From IMG/VR virus record IMGVR_UViG_3300030376_006242: a DNA stretch of 64,000 nucleotides. One strand, 5' to 3'. The DNA is from a virus (taxonomy: Duplodnaviria; Caudoviricetes). Below the pieces are notes generated by a model. It was not told the origin of the DNA. It ran no database searches and worked only from the letters and a program-made list of their open reading frames with translations. Numbering within the stretch: position 1 is the first letter of the stretch; each line of letters begins with the position of its first letter. The translations under genes were made by a program, and so were the position numbers. This document shows positions 11,464-21,336 of this stretch, piece after piece.

Positions 11464-11736
11464 TTAACCAGCAAATACTTTGCCACTACCAGTAGCGGTG
11501 TGACCACAAGTTGCCGCATCTCCTTCCCTACATATGAATATTGCGTTTGCTTTTACTTTAGCACTAGACCCGTCCATTACAGCATCACAGTGTGGTGGTA
11601 TAGGACAAGGTGCGTGAGGTTCAACTGCCGCTCCTTTTACAACAATAGGAACTCCTTCGACAATAACTTTTGGTGCTAGATTACCAACTATTGTACCTAC
11701 TGCTGTGTCTACTGTTACTCTACTAACTCCTGGCAT
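11464..11736 (-). CDS. PAAR-repeat spike-tip protein (gp5.4-like)
   Basis: 90 aa with PAAR-like repeats (PGVSR, PIVVKG, ICREGD..TCGH) and His/Cys metal ligands. Directly downstream of gp5. Confidence 0.85.
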   Translation of the reverse strand: MPGVSRVTVDTAVGTIVGNLAPKVIVEGVPIVVKGAAVEPHAPCPIPPHCDAVMDGSSAKVKANAIFICREGDAATCGHTATGSGKVFAG

Positions 11737-13220
11737 TACGTTCTCGCATTTTTAAAAGTATCTGGAATATTAATTGGTTCTGCTACAACTATATTTTCCT
11801 GTTCACTTCTATCTGTTTTAATTAAAGCCACTGCCATTGGATCAAAATTTTCATGATGACTCCAAGGTTCATGTTGTGGCACACGTTTCATGATGGTTGG
11901 ATTTGCTTCGCCTGGAAGGCTCCAAGCCGCCAAAGGCGCCACCGGCGTAGCCACTGCTATTCCGCTAGAAAGATTTATGAGTCCTCCAACGTCTAAATTA
12001 ATGTTACCACCAGCATAATGATTGGTAGTTCCTCCAACTGTGATTGTTTGTGCACCGCCAACTTCCACAGTTTGTGCTCCAGTGGTCAACAAGTTGTGTG
12101 TTGTAGACTCTTGATTGACTGTGGCACTTTTTAAATTTATGTCTCTGCCTGCTTCTAGATTGAAATCTCTATCTGTTTTAAAATTGAAATCACCTTTGCT
12201 GTGAACACTAACACTGTCTTCTGCGTAAAAATCTATTTTGCCGTTGGCAGTCATTTCTATCCATGCTGTACCATTTGCGTTGGCAATGTACACAAGGTCT
12301 TCTGAATTGTGTAAAAGTATTTGGTGTCCTGTACGTGTTCTTATTCTAAACAATTCATTATGCGGAGTGTTCTTTTCTCCTTCAATAACATCTTCGCTAG
12401 TTTCAATATCCACATATTCCATTGGCCCATCTTTGGCTTTTGCTTTTCTAATAAACTTGTCATCGCCATCATCCATTACAAATGAAGTGCCACCTGTTCT
12501 AGCAGATGCTACAGGTTGATTTGAAGTAAACACTTTGTCAATAGGTCCTGGTGTGTTTATGCCAAACACACTTGAAGGCACTTCACGTCTAGCACTAGAC
12601 GTTGTAAGTCCTCTTGTTTCATCTGCTATCAAGCCTTGATTATCCAACACTGCTTTGAACAATCTGTTGATAGGTTTTTTAATCATTAAAGGTTTGTCCG
12701 CAGGACGGTCAGCAAATTTTAATTTGTTGTGTTCGCCTACAGGCATTTTTTTGCCTCTAATGTCTGCGTCAGCAGGATCTTCTTGGTGTTCAGAATCTGT
12801 TGTGTCTGTGTTTGACATGGCAGGTGTTGAGCCTGGAATCATTACATTCATTAATTCTTGTGGAATACAACCAATCCAGTATGCTCTATTGATATTGCCT
12901 TCTATGAACATAACCATTACAGTGTTGCCAACATCAGGTGGAACAAACCACATACCATAACTCTGTTGACTGTCTCTGTGATCTTTGTTTTTAGTTAATC
13001 CTGCCACATTGGTTGTGCCGTAAAATGGACTGAGATATTTTGCTGTGATGAATTGTCCAGTTGTTGCGGCATTGCCTGATTCCAATGTTTTTACCAATTC
13101 AACTTCAATGGCTCCACTGTATTTAGGATCCAACACATTTCTCACAATGGCTTCGAAAGGTCCTGCATTTAATTTAGGATCTATTTTATGCGATTTTCTT
13201 GTGTTTTGATTTGTTGCCAT
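11736..13220 (-). CDS. gp5: Baseplate hub/central spike protein (gp5/VgrG-like), no lysozyme domain seen
   Basis: OB-fold region (DP...G.I.V, SYGMWFVPPDVGN.VMV.F), RTRTGHQILL, beta-helix repeats (VEVGGAQTITVGG) and C-terminal PQHEPW. Confidence 0.8.
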   Translation of the reverse strand: MATNQNTRKSHKIDPKLNAGPFEAIVRNVLDPKYSGAIEVELVKTLESGNAATTGQFITAKYLSPFYGTTNVAGLTKNKDHRDSQQSYGMWFVPPDVGNTVMVMFIEGNINRAYWIGCIPQELMNVMIPGSTPAMSNTDTTDSEHQEDPADADIRGKKMPVGEHNKLKFADRPADKPLMIKKPINRLFKAVLDNQGLIADETRGLTTSSARREVPSSVFGINTPGPIDKVFTSNQPVASARTGGTSFVMDDGDDKFIRKAKAKDGPMEYVDIETSEDVIEGEKNTPHNELFRIRTRTGHQILLHNSEDLVYIANANGTAWIEMTANGKIDFYAEDSVSVHSKGDFNFKTDRDFNLEAGRDINLKSATVNQESTTHNLLTTGAQTVEVGGAQTITVGGTTNHYAGGNINLDVGGLINLSSGIAVATPVAPLAAWSLPGEANPTIMKRVPQHEPWSHHENFDPMAVALIKTDRSEQENIVVAEPINIPDTFKNART

Positions 13221-15691
13221 TAGTTGTTGCTATTGTCCTTTACAATTTTTTTCTTGTTGCCTGAGCCTTCTGTAGCATCCAATGTCATGTTGGACTGTCT
13301 GTTTATTCTCAATGTTTGCTCAAAAATGTTTTGTCTAAAACTGCTTGTGATTGTTTGTACTTGAAATATCCCGCTGAATTCACCCAATCTAATTGTTTCT
13401 CCTGCTCCGTTAGTGTACGCTCCACCTTGAGGGAACATTAAATTATCTGTACCAGGTTGATAGTCTATTGGTGTTTGAAAATTCATTTCTATAAAACAAG
13501 CAGTATCTTGATAGTTAATTTCTCCTCTGCCGTTACCGTTGTTTTTATCACTGGCAGACGTTGTGATGTAAGGTCTAGGATCCACAAAAAATCTTGTAGG
13601 TTCATCTGAATTCATCATTCCACTTGCTGGTAGGAAATAAGGATCACCAATTATCGTTAAATCCATCTGAATTAAATCAGTTGTTCCACCATTGATAATT
13701 CTATCATTCATCGTTCTAGCAATTTTTAATTCTGCACTTTCATTTTCTGTACCTTCATTGGATGTCTTTTGGTCTTGAGCCTTTATGATTTTAGATGCTA
13801 GATGACCTGGTTTATTATTTTCAGAATCTGTAATAGTGTATATTGGTCCACTTGTTGCTACTGCTGATTTTTCTATGCTCTTGTTACCTCCAGCAGATGA
13901 TGTGGCTGAACTTTTTTTCAAATTGGCAGGAGCACTATTGAAAAACGCAAAATTATAAGTGAGATCAAAATCTAGTACATCTTTGTTTAACCCAGTGTAC
14001 AGATAATTGTAACCTTTTACAATGTTTTGTCTAATCACTGTATAACCTGATGGCATTGATGTATCATCGTCAAATATAGTGTCAGGCACTTGATAAGGCA
14101 CAATGCTGAACACATTCAATCTAGGATGATTATTTGCTTTGGCTTTAAAAAAGGAATCCTGCAGTTGAAAACATTTGGTTCTAATTCTAAACCAAGGATG
14201 TTTGCCTGGCTCTTTGTTTTTCATTTCGTCAGGATTTTTTGTTAGATTTTTAGCATATTCGCTCAACAGTATCACAGTTTCAATAATATCTGTAATACGT
14301 GTACCTTTTTTAAAACTTAAAGTCATTTGTTTTAAATCTAAAGTAATACCATCTCTCGTGAAAGTTTTTTTACGTTTATCGTATTTTTCTTCAAAGTCAG
14401 GAAATCTTTTACCCATTATAGCCATGTTGTTTTCATTAATAGCCATTTTTGATGCTCCAATGTCATTTCCTAAAAAAGTAGCATTAGGCCCTTCACCTGA
14501 AGTTTGATCCACTCTTATTCCTTCTCCGCTTGTACCAGTGTATTCATTAGTAACTGATATATTTTTTCCCAGCAGTGTTTCAACAATTCTATCTCTTTTT
14601 ACAGTGTTAAAGAAATAATCACCCTGTTCACCAGTGCCATATTGGTCAGCCGTTGTTGCTCTATCTTGTAAAACTAATTTTCGCTCTGCTTCTGTGTATT
14701 CAATTTCAGAGTTTTTAGGAAAATATATCACATAATCATCTGCAGGTACTGTGGCAAGTTGTTCTTTCTTTTTTGCTTTTTTGTCTAGTTCTGCTCCTTT
14801 AAAATTTAATTGTCCCATCAAACTGTCATCACCCACCTGCATCATTTCGTAAACAGTTTTTCCTGCCAGAGTGATATCAGTGTTGATAGCATTATTCACA
14901 TCCATTGTTGGAGTTTCTACCCAAGGTGCGCCAACACAATCATACACAGCACCCGCCTGGCTGGCTCTTATAGCCGCTTTTGTCATTTGAATAGGCATTA
15001 CTTTACGAAGATTGTTATTTCTAAAAATTTTGCCGTTTACATCAGTGCCAACAAAATCTATTATCAAGGCATAAGGTGCATTTGTAAATTCAACATTGCC
15101 ATCGTCTGATGCTTTGGCGGCTTGTATCGCCATAGTCTGTAAAAATAAACCAATACTGTAAGGTTCAGTTACAGTGAAAGAAATTTCTGATCTTTGTACG
15201 TGTTTGGTTTTTGGATTTGGTGTAATGAAAGATTTTACCTCAACATTGTCTATAAAGTATTCAAGATTGACTCCTGCTTGTTTGTAGAAAGTGACTTCTT
15301 CTATTTTTCCTTTTCCACTGGAATGTGCGATAGGATGCAGAGGCATTCTGTTATAAAGTATGTTAGGAAAATTTACTTCTTCCAGTGTCAATGCCGCTAG
15401 TGTGAACACAGCATTGTATGATTCATAGTCATGCAGAGGATTAGGTATAAATTCTCTAATAAATTCTTTTACTAGTATATTGGGTTTTTTCTTTTCTTTT
15501 TTTTCCGTATCAACGCCTAAGGCATTTAATTTAGCCTTGTCTTTATTAGTAAGTTTTTGTGCGGCTTTAATTTCTTTTCTGCTAGAAAATTTTGTTCCGT
15601 TTGTTACTACTGATGATTTGTTAAGAGCAACTTCATCCACAACATTTATGGCACTGTTTTTACTAAGGGTCTTTGTCTTTATTGCCGACAT
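13220..15691 (-). CDS. Baseplate hub protein (gp27/gpD-like)
   Basis: Lies between gp53 and gp5. C-terminal LTIIGDPYF and FSGIFQV..I.SSF....FEQTL motifs are typical of hub proteins. Confidence 0.6.
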   Translation of the reverse strand: MSAIKTKTLSKNSAINVVDEVALNKSSVVTNGTKFSSRKEIKAAQKLTNKDKAKLNALGVDTEKKEKKKPNILVKEFIREFIPNPLHDYESYNAVFTLAALTLEEVNFPNILYNRMPLHPIAHSSGKGKIEEVTFYKQAGVNLEYFIDNVEVKSFITPNPKTKHVQRSEISFTVTEPYSIGLFLQTMAIQAAKASDDGNVEFTNAPYALIIDFVGTDVNGKIFRNNNLRKVMPIQMTKAAIRASQAGAVYDCVGAPWVETPTMDVNNAINTDITLAGKTVYEMMQVGDDSLMGQLNFKGAELDKKAKKKEQLATVPADDYVIYFPKNSEIEYTEAERKLVLQDRATTADQYGTGEQGDYFFNTVKRDRIVETLLGKNISVTNEYTGTSGEGIRVDQTSGEGPNATFLGNDIGASKMAINENNMAIMGKRFPDFEEKYDKRKKTFTRDGITLDLKQMTLSFKKGTRITDIIETVILLSEYAKNLTKNPDEMKNKEPGKHPWFRIRTKCFQLQDSFFKAKANNHPRLNVFSIVPYQVPDTIFDDDTSMPSGYTVIRQNIVKGYNYLYTGLNKDVLDFDLTYNFAFFNSAPANLKKSSATSSAGGNKSIEKSAVATSGPIYTITDSENNKPGHLASKIIKAQDQKTSNEGTENESAELKIARTMNDRIINGGTTDLIQMDLTIIGDPYFLPASGMMNSDEPTRFFVDPRPYITTSASDKNNGNGRGEINYQDTACFIEMNFQTPIDYQPGTDNLMFPQGGAYTNGAGETIRLGEFSGIFQVQTITSSFRQNIFEQTLRINRQSNMTLDATEGSGNKKKIVKDNSNN

Positions 15692-15692
15692 A

Positions 15693-15995
15693 CTATACTC
15701 CTAGTGTATCTCTAAGAGCAGGTCCTTGTGGAATAAAAATTTCTAAGCCAGGAATAAGATCATACACTGGATCTGAAATTTTATCCATGTTGCGTTGAGC
15801 AAACACCCACCATAGTTTTTCGTTGCCGTAAAGATCATAAGCCAACAAGTCTGGTCTATGATTGTATTGTGGTTCCACTGTGTACAACACATCATCTGGT
15901 TGTGCAGGAATTGGACGTATAGTTAATGTGTCAAGATATTGATCATCAACAATCTGTGTAGACGCATATGGACTTGAATTAGTAAAGAATCCCAT
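15693..15995 (-). CDS. gp53: Baseplate wedge protein gp53-like (LysM-like)
   Basis: RPDLLAYDLYG...LWWVF...N motif. Confidence 0.8.
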   Translation of the reverse strand: MGFFTNSSPYASTQIVDDQYLDTLTIRPIPAQPDDVLYTVEPQYNHRPDLLAYDLYGNEKLWWVFAQRNMDKISDPVYDLIPGLEIFIPQGPALRDTLGV

Positions 15996-16915
15996 TAAAT
16001 AAATCCACTTCCTTTTGTGCCGCCGTTTTTAACAAAATCAGCAAGATCAAATTGTGCTTGTCTTGTTCTGCTGTATTGTGGTACAACACCAATAGTTAAT
16101 AAACTTTCTGTAGGTGCCCAAGCATAAGTGCCACCTTTGGATGTTACTGATGATGGTCCATCTGCTGTTCCAGATTCTTCTGCTGTTAATCTTGTGCTGA
16201 TGTAGTCAACATCTTCTTTTAAGTCAAATGTAAAGTTTTGTATAATAACAGGAACATCTTTGAATGTGTAATCACCGTATCCATTTAAACGTACAACTGG
16301 TGGTGGAGCACCTTTATTAGGTGATAGTCCATAACTCATTTTTGTCATTGATCTTAGATAATGAACAGCGGCTACCCAGTATCTTGCTTCTATTTCATTT
16401 TGTACATAGAAGTGTGCTGTGATTGTCATTTGATCCACACGTGAATTTTCATAAGCATAAAATGGATAATTGGTGTGTACTGGTTGCATTGGATTCCAAC
16501 TTGCTGATTGCCCTACTAAAATCGTTGGAGTATAAGGAAAAACCAATTTATTTCCTGTGGCTTTAAGTGGGTCCAATAAACTTTTTTGGTCTTGAATAAT
16601 GTCTTTAATTTGCTGTGGTATGGACAAACTAACTCTCCAATCCAATTCTTCTCCAGATGATTTACCTGAAGTGTTCAGTGTGATTGCAGGCATTGATTTA
16701 TCAAATTTTAACACTCCGTCAGTGATTTTTTTCAAATCACCTTTCATTCTTTTCAATTTTCCAAAAGCAAAGGAAGATGCTGTATCAAGTGTTTTGCCCA
16801 GGGTATCAATTTTTGTATCTAAAAATCCAGACATATTTTTCTGTATGTCTTGCCCTAGGTCTTTTAGACTATCTACGTTCTTTAATATGTTTTTATTGAA
16901 TTTATCTATGCTCAT
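15995..16915 (-). CDS. Baseplate tail-tube cap/initiator (gp48/gp54-like)
   Basis: LVFPYTP, G.PPPVVRLNGYG...F.DVPV.I..F motifs of tube-fold baseplate proteins. Upstream of gp53. Confidence 0.6.
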   Translation of the reverse strand: MSIDKFNKNILKNVDSLKDLGQDIQKNMSGFLDTKIDTLGKTLDTASSFAFGKLKRMKGDLKKITDGVLKFDKSMPAITLNTSGKSSGEELDWRVSLSIPQQIKDIIQDQKSLLDPLKATGNKLVFPYTPTILVGQSASWNPMQPVHTNYPFYAYENSRVDQMTITAHFYVQNEIEARYWVAAVHYLRSMTKMSYGLSPNKGAPPPVVRLNGYGDYTFKDVPVIIQNFTFDLKEDVDYISTRLTAEESGTADGPSSVTSKGGTYAWAPTESLLTIGVVPQYSRTRQAQFDLADFVKNGGTKGSGFI

Positions 16916-16931
16916 TTTGTGTCCTTACATT

Positions 16932-16938
16932 TATTTAT
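16932..16938 (-). promoter_or_regulatory. T4-type late promoter (ATAAATA) for the baseplate operon
   Basis: Reverse complement ATAAATA just upstream of the 16915 start. Confidence 0.55.
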
Positions 16939-16966
16939 TGACAAAATTAACTGAGTAGTTTATAAT
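16938..16966 (+). promoter_or_regulatory. Sigma70-type promoter for gp55
   Basis: TTGACA-17 nt-TATAAT, perfect consensus. Confidence 0.85.
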
Positions 16967-16992
16967 GAAGAGATATATAACAAGGAATATTA

Positions 16993-17844
16993 ATGAAAAA
17001 AGTCAATTATCTTAACAACAGAGACCTATTAGCCGAAATTCACAAGTCTAAAAGCACTTTTTGTAGTTTTGTGGATGAAGCCTACAGCACATACAATTTG
17101 ATTGTGAACAATGTGGATGCCATAAACATACGAACTGTGGCCCAAGCCAAAAGAAATAAAGCCAAAAAACTTACGCAACAAACGTATGAACAACGTAAAA
17201 AAGTAGACCCAAAAACAAAATTAAGTGACTGCGAAATAGATTATAGGTCAATAGATAAAGATGATGTAGTTTTTAGAGTGATGACTTTTGAGCATATCCC
17301 AGACGAACCTGGCAGAAAAAAGAATCCAAAAACAGTTGCTGATGGCAAAGTAAAAGTTAACTTTCCTCCTTTCCAGCATTGGAAATATGATAAAAAAGGC
17401 AACTTGGTTTGTGTGGGTAAAAGTCATTGGGATGGTGGAATGGAAAACGGTAAATTTAATAAAGATGCCGGCAGAGCCACAAACGAATTAGCAAAGATGT
17501 GGATGAAATTGTGTGAAAGATACGGTACAAGAGGTAACGTGAGAGGTTATACTTACAATGATGAAATGCAGGGTCAGGCCATTTTACAATTAGCACAAAT
17601 TGGTTTACAATTTGATGAAAGTAAATCTAACAATCCGTTTGCTTATTACACAGCGGCAGTGACTAATTCATTTGTGAGAATTATTAATATTGAAAAAAGA
17701 AATCAAAACATTAGAGATGATATTTTAGAACTTAACAATATGATGCCGAGTATGACCAGACAAACTTCCGGTGATAGCAGTGCGCCAAAACCTGCAACAA
17801 AATCGGCTCCAAAAACAAAAGTCAGTAAACGAACAAAAAAGTAG
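16993..17844 (+). CDS. gp55: Late-transcription sigma factor gp55
   Basis: NYLNN.DLL, GYTY.DEM...A, FDE.KS.NPFAYYT....NSF.R....EK motifs. Precedes gp47/gp46 as in T4. Confidence 0.85.
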   Translation: MKKVNYLNNRDLLAEIHKSKSTFCSFVDEAYSTYNLIVNNVDAINIRTVAQAKRNKAKKLTQQTYEQRKKVDPKTKLSDCEIDYRSIDKDDVVFRVMTFEHIPDEPGRKKNPKTVADGKVKVNFPPFQHWKYDKKGNLVCVGKSHWDGGMENGKFNKDAGRATNELAKMWMKLCERYGTRGNVRGYTYNDEMQGQAILQLAQIGLQFDESKSNNPFAYYTAAVTNSFVRIINIEKRNQNIRDDILELNNMMPSMTRQTSGDSSAPKPATKSAPKTKVSKRTKK

Positions 17845-17873
17845 TTGACAAATTTAACATTTTCAGTTATTCT
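17845..17873 (+). promoter_or_regulatory. Sigma70-type promoter for gp47/gp46
   Basis: TTGACA-17 nt-TATTCT. Confidence 0.7.
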
Positions 17874-17894
17874 AAAGAAAAGTAGGAGATTATT

Positions 17895-18914
17895 TTGTTC
17901 AAGAAATTAGCAGTTTTTACCGATATACATTTCGGATTAAAATCCAACTCTAAATTACACAACGATGATTGTGAAGAATTTGTAGATTGGTATATAGATT
18001 TAGCAAAGAAACATGGTTGTGAGACAGGACTCTTTTGTGGTGATTGGCATCACAACAGGAACAGTGTAAACATAACCACAATGGATGCTTCAATCAGATG
18101 TTTGGAAAAATTAGGAAAAGCATTTGATAATTTTTATTTTTTTCCAGGTAATCACGATTTGTATTACAAAGACAGCAGAGACATTCAATCCACAGAGTTT
18201 GGAAGATTTATTCCAGGCATCACAATGGTTAATAAAATTACAAAAATAGATGACACTATATTAGTGCCTTGGTTAATAGGCAATGAATGGAAAAAAGTTG
18301 GCAATATGGAATGCAAATATATGTTTGGTCATTTTGAACTGCCTAACTTCTTTATGAATGCTATGGTAGAAATGCCAGACACAGGAGAATTAAGACCAAG
18401 CGACTTTAAAAAACAAGAGTATGTTTTCTCTGGTCACTTTCATAAAAGACAAGTTAAAAATAATATTCATTACTTAGGTAATCCGTTTCCGCACAATTAC
18501 GCAGATGTTGATGATGATGAGCGTGGTATGATGATACTAGAACATGGCACAGAGCCTGTGTATTTCAATTGGGGCAACTGTCCTAAATATAGAAATGTAA
18601 AATTAAGCACATTGCTGGACAAAACAGATGAAATAATGAAAAGCAAAATGCATCTAAGAGTTACACTAGATATTGATATAAGTTTTGAAGAAGCAAGTTA
18701 TATCAAAGAGACTTTCATGAAAAAATATGATTGTAGAGAAATTACTTTAATTCCTAGCAAAAAAGAAGAAGAGATCAATACAGAACTAGACATAACCAAG
18801 TTTGAAAGTGTTGATCAAATTGTATCAAAAGAAATTGAAACAATCGAATCTGATGCATATGATAAATCTGTTTTGCTAAAAATATTTAGAGATCTAAACA
18901 ATGATACTGATTAA
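17895..18914 (+). CDS. gp47: Recombination endonuclease subunit (Mre11/SbcD-like), TTG start
   Basis: Metallophosphoesterase motifs DIHFG, GDW.H, GNHD, GHFE, SGHFH. AGGAG RBS upstream. Confidence 0.93.
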   Translation: MFKKLAVFTDIHFGLKSNSKLHNDDCEEFVDWYIDLAKKHGCETGLFCGDWHHNRNSVNITTMDASIRCLEKLGKAFDNFYFFPGNHDLYYKDSRDIQSTEFGRFIPGITMVNKITKIDDTILVPWLIGNEWKKVGNMECKYMFGHFELPNFFMNAMVEMPDTGELRPSDFKKQEYVFSGHFHKRQVKNNIHYLGNPFPHNYADVDDDERGMMILEHGTEPVYFNWGNCPKYRNVKLSTLLDKTDEIMKSKMHLRVTLDIDISFEEASYIKETFMKKYDCREITLIPSKKEEEINTELDITKFESVDQIVSKEIETIESDAYDKSVLLKIFRDLNNDTD

Positions 18915-20685
18915 AACACTTACGGTAAAAAATTTTATGAGTGTGGGTAATCAAACCCAGGCTATAGACTTTCAACAAAAACTGTTAACACTGGTACTAG
19001 GTGAAAACTTGGACATGGGCGGTGATGACGCAGGTTCACGTAATGGTACAGGTAAAACAACCATAGTCAACGCATTGTGTTACGCACTATATGGTGAAGC
19101 ACTAACAAAAATTCGTAAAGACAATCTTGTGAATAAAACCAACAGCAAATCAATGTTGGTCACAATAGCATTTGAAAAAGATGGAGTAAACTACAGAGTA
19201 GAACGTGGTAGAAAACCAAATGTAATGAAATATTACATTGACGAACAAGAACAAGAACTTTCAGATGTCAGTCAAGGAGATTCACGTAAAACACAAGAAG
19301 ACTTGAACAGAATGATTGGAATGAATCCAAAAATGTTTAAACACATTGTGGCACTCAACACATACACGCAACCTTTTTTAAGTTTACACAACAATGAACA
19401 ACAGGAAATAATTGAACAACTATTAGGAATTCAACTGTTGTCTGAGAAAGCAGACATCTTAAAGACACATATTAAACGTTCAAAAGAAGATATAGCACTT
19501 GAGACAGCAAGATTAGAAGGTTTAAAAATTAGTAATGAGAAAGTAGAAGAAACAATTCACAGTTTAACTAATAAAAGCAGTGCTTGGCACAATCAAAACA
19601 AAACAGATATTGAAAAATTAGAAAATAATTTAAAAGAATTACAAAGTGTAGACATTGATGCTGAATTAGAAGCACATCAAAAACTTGAAGATTGGACAAA
19701 ACTTAATGATGTATTAAGACAATTACAAAAAGATAGAGCAAGTTTGGAAAGCACAATAGAACAAGCAGACAAAACAGCAAAAAAATTACACAAAGATTTA
19801 GAAAAATTAAATCACAAAGCCACTTGTTATGCTTGTGGACAAGACTTACCGCAAGATAAAATTGAAGAAATGCAGAAAAAATTAGAAATGGAATATGGTG
19901 AATCCAACAGTTATGTAATGGAATTAAGTGAACAACTGGAACAAACAACAAAAGATATTGAAGCAGTTGGGGATTTGGATCAAAGACCAAACACTTATTA
20001 TGACACACTAAAAGAAGCATATGATCACAGACAGTATGTGGAATCAATCAACACAGCACTCAAAAACAAAAAAGAAGAAGCAAATCCATATCTAGATCAA
20101 ATAGATGAATTAAAGAATCAAGCAGTACAAGAAATAAATTGGGACACAGCAAACACTCTACAGAAACTGAAAGAGCACCAAGAGTTTTTATACAAACTGC
20201 TTACAAACAAAGATTCCTTCATAAGGAAAAAAATAATTGATCAAAACTTAACCTTCTTGAACAACAGGTTAACTCACTACTTGGATCAATTGGGTCTTCC
20301 ACACTTGGTCACATTTAAAAATGATTTAAGTGTGGAGATCACTCAACTGGGACAAGAACTAGATTTTGATAATTTAAGTAGAGGAGAACGTAACAGATTG
20401 ATATTAGGATTAAGTTTCGCATTTAGAGATGTATGGGAAAACTTGTATCAAAACATCAACTTGTTGTTCTTAGATGAATTAATAGATTCAGGAATGGATT
20501 CAGCAGGTGTAGAAAGCAGTTTGGCAATCTTGAAGAAAATGAGCAGAGAAGCAGGCAAAAATATATTCTTGATATCGCACAAAGATGAATTAATGGGACG
20601 TGTTAACAATGTGTTGAAAGTTGTGAAAGAGAACGGCTTTACAGCATATGCTAATGACGTGGAAACTTATGACCATTCAAGATGA
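18901..20685 (+). CDS. gp46: Recombination ATPase subunit (Rad50/SbcC-like)
   Basis: KNFMS.GN, Walker A NGTGKTT, coiled coil with zinc-hook CYAC, LSRGE signature, Walker B LLFLDE, ISH. Confidence 0.95.
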   Translation: MILIKTLTVKNFMSVGNQTQAIDFQQKLLTLVLGENLDMGGDDAGSRNGTGKTTIVNALCYALYGEALTKIRKDNLVNKTNSKSMLVTIAFEKDGVNYRVERGRKPNVMKYYIDEQEQELSDVSQGDSRKTQEDLNRMIGMNPKMFKHIVALNTYTQPFLSLHNNEQQEIIEQLLGIQLLSEKADILKTHIKRSKEDIALETARLEGLKISNEKVEETIHSLTNKSSAWHNQNKTDIEKLENNLKELQSVDIDAELEAHQKLEDWTKLNDVLRQLQKDRASLESTIEQADKTAKKLHKDLEKLNHKATCYACGQDLPQDKIEEMQKKLEMEYGESNSYVMELSEQLEQTTKDIEAVGDLDQRPNTYYDTLKEAYDHRQYVESINTALKNKKEEANPYLDQIDELKNQAVQEINWDTANTLQKLKEHQEFLYKLLTNKDSFIRKKIIDQNLTFLNNRLTHYLDQLGLPHLVTFKNDLSVEITQLGQELDFDNLSRGERNRLILGLSFAFRDVWENLYQNINLLFLDELIDSGMDSAGVESSLAILKKMSREAGKNIFLISHKDELMGRVNNVLKVVKENGFTAYANDVETYDHSR

Positions 20686-20887
20686 TACTCACGATAAACT
20701 GACCAAGGCGTACATGGCTTATTTCAAGGCAAACGAGTTGTTTGCTGAGAGGCGAAGCCTCGCTACCAAAGTAGCCGCTAGAAAGGCACTAGCGGAAATT
20801 AGAATTTTGGCACGTCAAAGACGTAAAGAACTTGAAGCACAATATAAAGTGTCCAAGATCCAAAAACAGCAAGAGCGGAAAAAATAA
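20669..20887 (+). CDS. Small basic helical protein, possibly Hc1/histone-H1-like DNA-binding
   Basis: ANELF...ARKALAEI..LARQRRKEL resembles phage Hc1-like proteins. Likely start is the ATG at 20669. Confidence 0.45.
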   Translation: MTIQDDTHDKLTKAYMAYFKANELFAERRSLATKVAARKALAEIRILARQRRKELEAQYKVSKIQKQQERKK

Positions 20888-20904
20888 TCAGTAAGTATGT
20901 CCAT

Positions 20905-21336
20905 ATGCCATGGACTTATCAAGGTAAAACAATAGACTCACTACCAGAAGACTGCGAAGGATTTGTGTATCTCATCACAAACACAACCAACGGTAAACGG
21001 TATGTGGGCAAAAAATTAGCAAAATTCAAGAAGACACGTCCGCCTCTCAAGGGCAGGATAAACAAACGTAGAAGCAAGGTTGAATCGGACTGGAAGGACT
21101 ATTGGGGTTCTTCAGATCATTTACTTGCTGACGTGGCACAATTAGGCGAAGACAAATTTACTAGGGAAATATTATACATCTGTAACACTAGAGGCGTAAT
21201 GAGTTATCTCGAGGCTCGAGAACAGTTCGAAAGGCGAGTATTAGAATCCGATGATTACTACAATGGCATTATCAATGTGAGAGTTGGTGGTTCCAAAATC
21301 CTTAAAGAAGAACTTAAAAATTACAACAAGGCTTAA
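20905..21336 (+). CDS. Stand-alone GIY-YIG (Seg-like) nuclease, catalytic domain only
   Basis: GFVY..TN..NGKRYVG, YWGSS, catalytic Glu (YLEA) and YYN. No C-terminal NUMOD/HTH domain. Confidence 0.85.
   Translation: MPWTYQGKTIDSLPEDCEGFVYLITNTTNGKRYVGKKLAKFKKTRPPLKGRINKRRSKVESDWKDYWGSSDHLLADVAQLGEDKFTREILYICNTRGVMSYLEAREQFERRVLESDDYYNGIINVRVGGSKILKEELKNYNKA

Noticed and set aside
181-15704. Many short plus-strand ORFs in the track opposite baseplate genes (and minus-strand ORFs opposite head/fibre genes later in the window)
   Set aside because: Antisense shadows of long real genes, with no RBS or recognisable motifs.
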